Below are positions 36,650-43,850 of a DNA stretch of 51,987 bases, one piece after another. The notes beneath the pieces are model-generated. The model saw only the letters and a list, made by a program, of their open reading frames with translations, made no database searches and was not told the origin of the DNA. Position 1 is the first letter of the stretch, and the number at the start of each line of letters is the position of its first letter. The position numbers and the translations under genes were made by a program. This DNA comes from a virus (taxonomy: Duplodnaviria > Caudoviricetes): IMG/VR virus record IMGVR_UViG_3300037070_002091, positions 1 to 51,987 of that record; one strand, given 5' to 3'.

Positions 36650-38791
36650 ATGAGTGACATTGTATCCGATCTCGCCACCGCAGGCAACCTATTCAGTTTC
36701 ATGTTCGCACGCGGCTACCACCGCTTGTGTCCCGTCATTCCCCCAGGCGCAGAGATAGACCCAACCTCGCGCATCGCGAGCAGGATCAACGGCCCCGCCG
36801 ACCCCCGGGGCAAGGCCCCCGGAATCAGGCAGCCAACGGGCCTGTGGAACGGTATCCGTTTCACGACGATGCCCGAGGCGACGGAGGAAGACCTCAAGCG
36901 CTGGTTTCGCATGGGCGCAAACGTCGGCGTCCGGACGGGCCGGGGCCTCGTGGCCATCGACATCGACGTAACGAACCGAGAGCTCGCGGTCATCCTCACC
37001 CAGCTCACATGGGACCTGCTAGGCCACGCGCCCGTCCGCTTCGGCCGCCAACCCAAGTCCCTTCTCATCTACCGCATCACCGGCGACGTCCCTTACTCCA
37101 AGGTCAGCTTCTCAACCCCGACCGAGGCCAAGGCCGCGGTAGAAATCCTCTACGAAGGCCGCCAGTTCGTCGCGAAGGGCATCCACCCAGGCACGGGCCG
37201 CCCCTACGAGTGGCGAGGCCTCGTGCATCGCGACGCGCTCCCTGAGATCACGCCCGAGCAGCTCGAGACCTACCTCGAAGCCGTGGCCACGCGGACCAAG
37301 GGCGTCGCGCATCATGCCTCGGGCGAGGAAGGCAGCTGGTCCGAGCAGTGGAAGCTCCGGGGCGACCCCGCGCTCGTCCGCGACGCCGTGGCCCACCTTC
37401 CCAACCGCCAGGACGACTATCCTACGCGCGATGCCTACATCTCGACGGGCTACGCGATCAAGTCGGCGATGGGGCCTGACCTCGTCGACGAAGCCCTCGA
37501 CCTCTACCTGCAATGGTGCGGCCGCTGGGATGGCGGGGACAACAACGTAGAGGACACGATCGAGGAATGGGAGCGCATGCACCCGCCCTTCCGTGTAGGC
37601 GCCCAGACCCTCTACCTCGCCGCGGAGAAGCTGGGCAACTGGACAGGCCGGGCGCGCCTCTACCTCGAGCCGGTGCTCGGGCCTGTAGACATCCCCGACG
37701 CCATCGCAGGACCCCAGCGCATGAGCGCGCAGCCCAACGAGCCCTTGCACGCTGACGGCAAGAAACGCTTCGAGCTCCTGTCCGTCACAGACATCCTCGC
37801 CCTCCCCGACCCCAAGTTCCTCGTCGATCGCCACATCCCTGAGATAGGCCTCGGGTTCCTCTATGGCCGGCCAGGCTGCGGCAAGAGCTTCATGTGCCTC
37901 GACCTCGCCCTCCACGCTGCCTATGGGCTTCCCAGCTGGCACCAGGACGCGCTCAACCTCCGCCCCGAAGCCCACGTGCTCTATCTCGCTAGAGAGGGCA
38001 GCTCAGGCTTCAAGGCGCGCATCAAGGCGTGGCAAGGGATGCACGCGGAGCAAATATCCGGGCGAAATTTCGCTCCGAGATTCAGCCTTATTCGCCAAAC
38101 CATCAACTTCATGCAGCCAGACGACATAGGCGCGATCGTGCGCACGGTCCGCGAGGCGGAACTTGGGCCTATGGACCTCATCGTCGTCGACACGGTGAGC
38201 CGGGTCCTCCCGGGCGCAGACGAAAACCTGCAGAAGGAGATGACGATCTTCGTCCAGGCCTGCGACGCGCTCAACGACGCCTTTGGGGGCATCGTCCTGG
38301 GCGTCCACCATGCAGGTAAGAACGGCGACATGCGCGGGAGCAGCGTGCTGCGTGGCGCCGGCGACTTCGTGTTCAGGCTTGATCGCGAGCCAGGGAGCAG
38401 CGTCGCGCAGCTCTGGTGCGAGAAGCAGAAGGACGCGCAAGACGGTTGGTGCGACCGCTACCGCATGCTCGAGAGCCTGGGCAGCCTAGTACCGTTCAGG
38501 GTCAGCGCGGAAGAAGACGACGCCCTGGACGCCGGTGCGGAGGCCAAGGTTCTAGCGGCCATAGGAGAGGCGTGGGAGGCGGGGAAGCCCTGGTCCCGCG
38601 AGCCGCACACGGCGACGGCAAAGGGCGGGCGCACGCCCCGCTACGGGCCGCTGCTGGCCTCCCGCATCCTGGAAATATCGGCGGCTGCGTGCGAAACGCT
38701 CATCGAGGATCTCCATCGCCGAGGCCTGCTGGAGCATGCGCACTTCGATCGAAAGACGTCTGGGTGGCGGGTTAAAGACGTCTTCAATTAA
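36650..38791 (+). CDS. Primase-polymerase / PriCT-like / RepA-type AAA helicase fusion
   Basis: ANVGVRTG…AIDID prim-pol motif, central G.AIK…WC domain, Walker A GRPGCGKS, Walker B IVVDT, HHAGK…RGSS. Confidence 0.92.
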   Translation: MSDIVSDLATAGNLFSFMFARGYHRLCPVIPPGAEIDPTSRIASRINGPADPRGKAPGIRQPTGLWNGIRFTTMPEATEEDLKRWFRMGANVGVRTGRGLVAIDIDVTNRELAVILTQLTWDLLGHAPVRFGRQPKSLLIYRITGDVPYSKVSFSTPTEAKAAVEILYEGRQFVAKGIHPGTGRPYEWRGLVHRDALPEITPEQLETYLEAVATRTKGVAHHASGEEGSWSEQWKLRGDPALVRDAVAHLPNRQDDYPTRDAYISTGYAIKSAMGPDLVDEALDLYLQWCGRWDGGDNNVEDTIEEWERMHPPFRVGAQTLYLAAEKLGNWTGRARLYLEPVLGPVDIPDAIAGPQRMSAQPNEPLHADGKKRFELLSVTDILALPDPKFLVDRHIPEIGLGFLYGRPGCGKSFMCLDLALHAAYGLPSWHQDALNLRPEAHVLYLAREGSSGFKARIKAWQGMHAEQISGRNFAPRFSLIRQTINFMQPDDIGAIVRTVREAELGPMDLIVVDTVSRVLPGADENLQKEMTIFVQACDALNDAFGGIVLGVHHAGKNGDMRGSSVLRGAGDFVFRLDREPGSSVAQLWCEKQKDAQDGWCDRYRMLESLGSLVPFRVSAEEDDALDAGAEAKVLAAIGEAWEAGKPWSREPHTATAKGGRTPRYGPLLASRILEISAAACETLIEDLHRRGLLEHAHFDRKTSGWRVKDVFN

Positions 38792-39140
38792 TCCGGAATT
38801 AGGGGGTGGGGTAATTCAAAAATTGCCCCATTCTTTTTTGGAATATGATCTGAATCTAACGATATCAAGGGCTTCTAGAGGCTTCGGCGCTTTCGGCGGG
38901 GGTATATTAGGAAAATTACCCCAATCATTTTTGGGCCGGACAGTCTGGGGATCAACATCAATGGGTTACGGGGTATCCCGGCGTTTCGGCGGTCATTGGG
39001 CATTTAGGTGCTTTTTGAACGTTTTCAAGGGGTTCTAGAGGGTCCCGGCGTTTCGCTAGGCAGATAGTCCCTCCGAAACCGCCTAGACATACGTATAAGC
39101 CATTGATAAAGCACAAAGCGCCGAAACGCCGAAACCCCTC
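38792..39140. other. Putative replication origin (AT-rich, iterated motifs, IHF-like sites)
   Basis: Follows the primase; two AAAATT[GA]CCCCA…TTTTT copies, CGGCG(C)TTTCG iterons in both orientations, WATCAANNNNTTR matches. Confidence 0.55.
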
Positions 39141-39223
39141 CCTACTACGTAGGGTCTAGCCGCCCGCTCTGCGGCGGCGGCATAGCCTCCTATCTGCGTA
39201 GCAGTAGCACCTGGACGCAATTA

Positions 39224-39248
39224 CGCCCCGGACAGATCGTCCGGGGCG
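39224..39248. terminator. Inverted repeat closing the minus-strand operon (also an operator-like site)
   Basis: CGCCCCGGAC-AGATC-GTCCGGGGCG, 6 nt beyond the last stop codon. Confidence 0.6.
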
Positions 39249-39254
39249 CAAGGC

Positions 39255-39464
39255 TTACAGGCCTAGGCTGCGGATTAAATCAAGCTCGGCTTGCGCAGCT
39301 GCATCGCGATCGGGGAACGTCGGCGGGTCTGGTCGCGGGTCACAAGCGATGCACCATTTGTGCTCTGCGATTTTGGCGACGCACCCGACGGCGCCGGAAG
39401 CATACCGCACGTTGTCGACGTACCATCCGCCATGGCGCCAAGGGGAATATTGAAACGCGGTCAC
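39255..39464 (-). CDS. Hypothetical early protein
   Basis: GTG start with AAAGGA RBS; TAFQYSPWRHGGWYV…. Confidence 0.65.
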   Translation of the reverse strand: MTAFQYSPWRHGGWYVDNVRYASGAVGCVAKIAEHKWCIACDPRPDPPTFPDRDAAAQAELDLIRSLGL

Positions 39465-39610
39465 TTCGGGGATCCTTTCTGAGAATGGCCGCAGACGCGC
39501 CACAGGGCACCGCAGAGGCGCAAGAGGCCTCCCGCGGCTATCCCGGCTGCTGCGGCGGGAAGAACGGCACACACGGTCAGCACAACGGCTATGGCGAGGA
39601 GCTTTAGCAT
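39461..39610 (-). CDS. 49-aa hydrophobic peptide (absent from ORF track)
   Basis: MLKLLAIAVVLTVCAVLPAAAAGIAAGG…; coupled at both ends. Confidence 0.55.
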   Translation of the reverse strand: MLKLLAIAVVLTVCAVLPAAAAGIAAGGLLRLCGALWRVCGHSQKGSPK

Positions 39611-39840
39611 CAGCGAACGATCCCCGCATAAGCTTGCGCGTCATTCGAGAGGGCGACGATGCCATGACCGTCATGCGACTCGACTTCGCCCGTCACGTCG
39701 ACTAGGTCGCCATTGCGCTTATCGAATGTGAACGACATCGCGCGGCGCGGGCCAAAACATGGCCACCGACTCGCGAACGTCTCGACTTCGCGTCGGGAGA
39801 CGGTGACGCGCACGAAGCAGCCTTCATCATGTTTCCGCAT
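39610..39840 (-). CDS. Hypothetical early protein
   Basis: MRKHDEGCFVRV…; GGAG/AGGA upstream. Confidence 0.65.
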   Translation of the reverse strand: MRKHDEGCFVRVTVSRREVETFASRWPCFGPRRAMSFTFDKRNGDLVDVTGEVESHDGHGIVALSNDAQAYAGIVR

Positions 39841-39844
39841 GGTC

Positions 39845-40246
39845 CTAGCTCCCAACGTAGAAATAGATTTGACCGTTGTCGCCACGGTACATCCGCCCGC
39901 CGCAGGTTCCCGCTTCCGACAGGCGTTCGTATTCCTCCCAATCGTCGCCACACAGAGATTCCATTTCGCGGATATCCCCCGAGATGAGCTGTATCAGGAG
40001 TGCTTCGATCTCGGCGTTGGACCATGCAGCAATTTCCTCCTCCTCCCAGGCGCCAAATTCAGCGAACCAATCGCGCAAGGCCTCGTATTCGCTTTCGTGG
40101 TTTAGAAGGGGCCACTCGCGCGTTGTCGCCGCTTCGAGCGCGCTCGCCCAGGTTTCCGGGCCAGCGTTGGCGCCACGTTCGAACATGCTTGCAGAGTATT
40201 CGAAGGGCTCAGCTTCGTCGAAAAACTTAGTAATGTTGATTTCCAC
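39845..40246 (-). CDS. Highly acidic early protein
   Basis: AAGGAGG RBS; Glu/Asp- and Trp-rich. Confidence 0.8.
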   Translation of the reverse strand: MEINITKFFDEAEPFEYSASMFERGANAGPETWASALEAATTREWPLLNHESEYEALRDWFAEFGAWEEEEIAAWSNAEIEALLIQLISGDIREMESLCGDDWEEYERLSEAGTCGGRMYRGDNGQIYFYVGS

Positions 40247-40259
40247 GGTTTGTCCTCCT

Positions 40260-40454
40260 TTATATTTTCCGTGAGCCTCGGGTGTCGTGGAGAAGTAGAA
40301 GTATGTCCTTCATCTCGTCTCTAGTATAGCCAATGTCCACGACTAGAGCTAACGCATAGTACGCGCCTTTATCCGCAGAAATGTCGACTAGCATCTCTGC
40401 GGTTCTGCGGTATTCGGCTTTTTTAGTGCCATATTCGGATTTTTGGTAAGCCAT
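40260..40454 (-). CDS. Hypothetical early protein (AT-richer)
   Basis: MAYQKSEYG…; GAGG upstream. Confidence 0.6.
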   Translation of the reverse strand: MAYQKSEYGTKKAEYRRTAEMLVDISADKGAYYALALVVDIGYTRDEMKDILLLLHDTRGSRKI

Positions 40455-40467
40455 AGCCTGTTCCCTC

Positions 40468-40830
40468 TTAGACCGCTTGCCAGATTTCAAAGCCCGCTTT
40501 GCGCAGACGCGAATCCCAGGTTTCCCCGTCGTCCGGCGTCAATGCGTCGCGGAAGCTCGCCCAGGGTTCGGGGTTTGCGTCTGGCGTGTCGGGCGGAGTG
40601 AGCTTGTGCGCTGCGTTCGAGCACGCTGCAGACCGCTTGTCATAGCCATAGCCATAGGCGAAACCTCGTACCATTGGCTCACCTAGCCAATGGACATAGG
40701 CATAAAGTCGACCTACGCCATCGCGGGGAAATTTAAACGCGATGGTCGCAACGCGTTTGCCTTTGAGTGCAACCACGAAAGCCGAGACGTTCGAAAACGT
40801 CTTGTCGTGCTGTTCATAGATCGTTGTCAT
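40468..40830 (-). CDS. Hypothetical early protein
   Basis: AGGAG RBS; G.A.GYGYDK.SAA motif seen in early proteins of phages and plasmids. Confidence 0.75.
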   Translation of the reverse strand: MTTIYEQHDKTFSNVSAFVVALKGKRVATIAFKFPRDGVGRLYAYVHWLGEPMVRGFAYGYGYDKRSAACSNAAHKLTPPDTPDANPEPWASFRDALTPDDGETWDSRLRKAGFEIWQAV

Positions 40831-41177
40831 AGGTTTTGCTCCTGCGCTTCGAGGTATTCGTCGCGCGTTATCGGATTGACTTGGATCCCGAACGCGTCAT
40901 TGGTTCCATAGGGTAAGACGGTTGACAGGTAGGAATCGCGGTCTGTTGGGCGCCGGCGCCAGAGTGCAGCCGCTACGCTGGCAATGTCGCGGTCAGAATG
41001 GCGATAGAGCTGGCTAGCGGCGCGGCATTCCTCGCGCGTCATGTCGTTATCCGTCATGCGATCCGACTCGTCGCGAAGAATAGCCTTCAGCGCGCGTCTA
41101 GTGCTGACCGCGACTGAATAGCTATCGTCGGGCATGTAGCAGCCGCGCAAGCCTGTCATTATACAGAAATACCTCAT
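40827..41177 (-). CDS. Hypothetical early protein
   Basis: GLRGCYMPD motif; ATGA coupling. Confidence 0.7.
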   Translation of the reverse strand: MRYFCIMTGLRGCYMPDDSYSVAVSTRRALKAILRDESDRMTDNDMTREECRAASQLYRHSDRDIASVAAALWRRRPTDRDSYLSTVLPYGTNDAFGIQVNPITRDEYLEAQEQNL

Positions 41178-41545
41178 AGTGCGTCCTCCTCATCTTCGAA
41201 GTGAACCGGACCTTCCCAATCGTCGCGCCGCATGTCTGCGATGCTCGGGAACATGGCCAAGGGAAAGTCGCGAACATGGCGCGAGGCGCCGTTGCGCCGT
41301 TCGATCGTTAGCCAGCCATCGGCTAGATCGCAGCCGCGGAAGTCGCCACCTTCGTGCGTCACGAGTGCGTCGACGTGCTCCCGCAACGTGAGCCGCACAG
41401 GCTCGTCAGGGTAGCGTGAGTCGACGCAACGCGCTTCATAGGCGGTCGCGTCCCAGCGGACCTCGCGCCACGCTTCGGTGCATGGCATCCAGATGTCCCC
41501 GACTAGAAAGCCGGTGATTGTGATTTGAGTGGTTGCGTATGACAT
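41174..41545 (-). CDS. Hypothetical early protein
   Basis: AAAGGAGAATCAC RBS before MSYATT…. Confidence 0.7.
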   Translation of the reverse strand: MSYATTQITITGFLVGDIWMPCTEAWREVRWDATAYEARCVDSRYPDEPVRLTLREHVDALVTHEGGDFRGCDLADGWLTIERRNGASRHVRDFPLAMFPSIADMRRDDWEGPVHFEDEEDAL

Positions 41546-41559
41546 CGGTGATTCTCCTT

Positions 41560-41691
41560 TCACTGCATCATCCTCCGCGTGCGGAGCGCAGCTTCGAGAC
41601 GATCTACCGCCTGCTTGCGTGTGGCGCCGAACTTGAACAGGCCGCGGGCGCAGGCAAGCCACGTGCCGTTGTCCATTTGCCTTACAGTCAT
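41560..41691 (-). CDS. 43-aa first gene of the early operon (absent from ORF track)
   Basis: MTVRQMDNGTWLACARGLFKFGATRKQAVDRLEAALRTRRMMQ*; same AAAGGAGAATCAC RBS. Confidence 0.65.
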   Translation of the reverse strand: MTVRQMDNGTWLACARGLFKFGATRKQAVDRLEAALRTRRMMQ

Positions 41692-41731
41692 CTCGTGATT
41701 CTCCTTTGCGGTTCAACGAGGATATGCCCGA

Positions 41732-41760
41732 AATGTATGTCAGGTGTATGTCACCGTCAA
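41732..41760 (-). promoter_or_regulatory. Sigma70-type early promoter with two TGACATAC repeats
   Basis: Minus strand TTGACG-GTGACATACACCTGACA(17)-TACATT. Confidence 0.8.
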
Positions 41761-41868
41761 GGGGGATTATCGCGTGAAATATGTTGCTGCAAGATGTTGC
41801 AGTTTGCGTAAGTAACTGATTGGTGATAAGCGTCTGGCGTGTCCGGACAAAGTGGAGGAGCGCAAAAC

Positions 41869-42336
41869 GTGCCGCTAAAGAATGGACGGCTGACCACGCA
41901 AGAGTATGATTTTGCTAAGGTTTTAGCCGTTACGGGTGATCGTGACTATGCGATGTATCGAGCTGGGTACAAGTCATCAGCCTCGACGATGAAGGCGAGC
42001 GATCCGGCGATTCAGGCTGTAATCCGTGCCGAGCGTCGGGCGAAGCTCACGCTCCTTGATGAGCGTGCGTTTGTCGTTATCGAGGAGTGCATGCGCGACG
42101 GTGTGGCCAATGGAACGCGTCTGGAAGCGGTCAAAACCCTGTGGAGGGAGCTGCGGGAGGAGCGCGCAGACCAAGCTGCAGCTAATCCTGACGTGGATCC
42201 TGCTCAGCTGGACGCTGGCCAGCTAGATGAGCATGTTAAGCGAGGCCTAGAACTCATGGCGACGCTGCGGGAGCGCATGGCCCAGGAAGGCACGATTGAG
42301 GGCGAGCTCGTCGACGATGAGGACGTCTTCGGCTGA
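41869..42336 (+). CDS. terS: Probable terminase small subunit
   Basis: GGAGGAG RBS before GTG 41869; LTTQEYDFA…TGD…A.YRAGY TerS-type HTH; RLEA.K motif. Confidence 0.75.
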   Translation: MPLKNGRLTTQEYDFAKVLAVTGDRDYAMYRAGYKSSASTMKASDPAIQAVIRAERRAKLTLLDERAFVVIEECMRDGVANGTRLEAVKTLWRELREERADQAAANPDVDPAQLDAGQLDEHVKRGLELMATLRERMAQEGTIEGELVDDEDVFG

Positions 42337-42538
42337 ACAAGGGTGGATATAGAGGGGGGACGCCAGCTCCGACGCTCCGATACCTGCTAGCGATATCAAT
42401 GGGTTAGGGGCTTAGTTCGGTGCTTAGTACATGCACCGAACAAGCACCTGGGCGCCGGCAATCGCCATTCCGGCGCCATCGTCGACGTCGACCGGCCCCC
42501 CGGGTGACGGCCCGCCGCGCGACCAGAAGCCGGTGCCC

Positions 42539-42720
42539 GATGCGCCCACAAAAATGCGCCTCCCCGCGACCTCCGGACAATGTGTCCTAGCTTCGCCTCA
42601 GCCTAGATGCGCCCACAAAAATGCGCCTCCCCGCAACCTCCGGACAATGTGTCCTAGCTTATCCTCAACCTAGACGCGTACAAAAATGCCGCCCCTCCAC
42701 AACTTCCGGACAAGTTGTCC
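42539..42720. repeat. Three tandem ~67-bp repeats
   Basis: Units start at 42539, 42606 and 42673 (third is diverged); each has CAAAAATGC and CCGGAC-N5-GTCC. Confidence 0.9.
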
Positions 42721-42825
42721 CAGACCGATACAACCATCGCGTTAAAAAAAATCTCGCCCCGTAACCCCCGCACCGGCCGCGCGATGCCGCTTGACGATTC
42801 GAGTTTCTGGGCAGACAGTGCCCGA

Positions 42826-42899
42826 CACTGCATCTCGCAACGGTTTCCTCCCGAAACCAAAACTAGGCCCCCGTAGCTCCCCCGCTGCGGGGGCTTTTT
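42826..42899 (+). ncRNA. Candidate ~75-nt sRNA with CUCCC anti-SD loops
   Basis: TTGACG-17-GACAGT promoter (42791-42819), hairpin GGTTTC-CTCCC-GAAACC, then a terminator whose loop is TCCCCC. Confidence 0.55.
42867..42899 (+). terminator. Rho-independent terminator
   Basis: GCCCCCGTAGC-TCCCCC-GCTGCGGGGGC-TTTTT. Confidence 0.85.
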
Positions 42900-42958
42900 C
42901 GTTGCCTGTTGCGCATTAGGAGCTTGTCGGGTAGTCTCCCCCCGAAATCGGAGGAAGC

Positions 42959-43846
42959 ATGGCCTACGTTCCGCTTGGGCTCCAGACGCTCACCACGGCC
43001 GTCGCGAACAACGGAACCCTCACGTTTCCCTATCCTGTCGGCCTGGTACAGGCTGATTTTACTGGCGATTTTGCCCTGGAGCGGGGCAGCGTCGCGATCA
43101 ACAGCAACGAGGTCTATGAGGAGTTTGACGAGGAGGTGCTCTTCACCTACGGAGCCTCGCTCGTCACGGTCCAGAACCTCTCGGGGGTGGCCTGGGTTGC
43201 GGGATCGCTGATCGCGGCCGTCGGCTCGCGGCTCACCGAAGCGGCGTCGAGCGGTGGCGGCGGGGGTGGTTCCGACGGCATCGACGATGGGGACTATGGC
43301 GATTTCGCAGTCGAGGACGACATCGCGACCATCGACAGGACGGAGCGCACCCTCGCCGAGGTTCTGGGCGTCACCGCCGGCGGGGTAGTCGGCACGGCAA
43401 CGGCCAACGCCGTCGTCGAGACGCCGGGGACATGGTGGCACCAGGGCGTCGGCGGCGCCGAGGGCAAGACGGACGCTGAGGCGCAGGCCCTCATCATCCC
43501 GATCAACACCCTAACGGCCCGGGCCACGGGCGCGACTGACAGCGTGGTTCCGGACACCGACTGCAAGGTTATCGTCGCCGCCTTCGCCACCGATGCGAAC
43601 GACTGGATCGTGCTGCCGACGCCGACGCCCGGGCGCGAAATCCGGGGGTATTCGGCAGTAGCGCACGAGATACGCACGGTCGCTTCGTCGAACGTCAAGA
43701 TCAACAACGTCGACGGCGACGGGACGCAGGAAGCAGCGATACCAGCCACGACTTTCTGGGTCGCGAACTGCACCTCGGCGACGACATGGATACTTCGTGC
43801 GTGGAACAACCTCGCGGCACCAATCACCGCCATCATTCCGGACTGA
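42959..43846 (+). CDS. Virion structural protein, paralogue of 7722..8495
   Basis: GGAGG RBS; L.TAVANNGTLT.PYP.G N-terminus; poly-Gly linker. Confidence 0.7.
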   Translation: MAYVPLGLQTLTTAVANNGTLTFPYPVGLVQADFTGDFALERGSVAINSNEVYEEFDEEVLFTYGASLVTVQNLSGVAWVAGSLIAAVGSRLTEAASSGGGGGGSDGIDDGDYGDFAVEDDIATIDRTERTLAEVLGVTAGGVVGTATANAVVETPGTWWHQGVGGAEGKTDAEAQALIIPINTLTARATGATDSVVPDTDCKVIVAAFATDANDWIVLPTPTPGREIRGYSAVAHEIRTVASSNVKINNVDGDGTQEAAIPATTFWVANCTSATTWILRAWNNLAAPITAIIPD

Positions 43847-43850
43847 GCTA

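Noticed and set aside
38736-39038. 100-aa ORF after the primase
   Set aside because: Overlaps the primase and translates the AT-rich DNA repeats; better explained as non-coding origin sequence.
42539-42720. Possible CRISPR mini-array (period ~67 bp)
   Set aside because: The first two units are nearly identical along their whole length, so there are no unique spacers, and no cas operon is present.
42431-42860. Short ORFs 42431..42673 and 42654..42860
   Set aside because: They span repeats whose 67-bp period is not a multiple of three and lack RBS or phage-like codon use.
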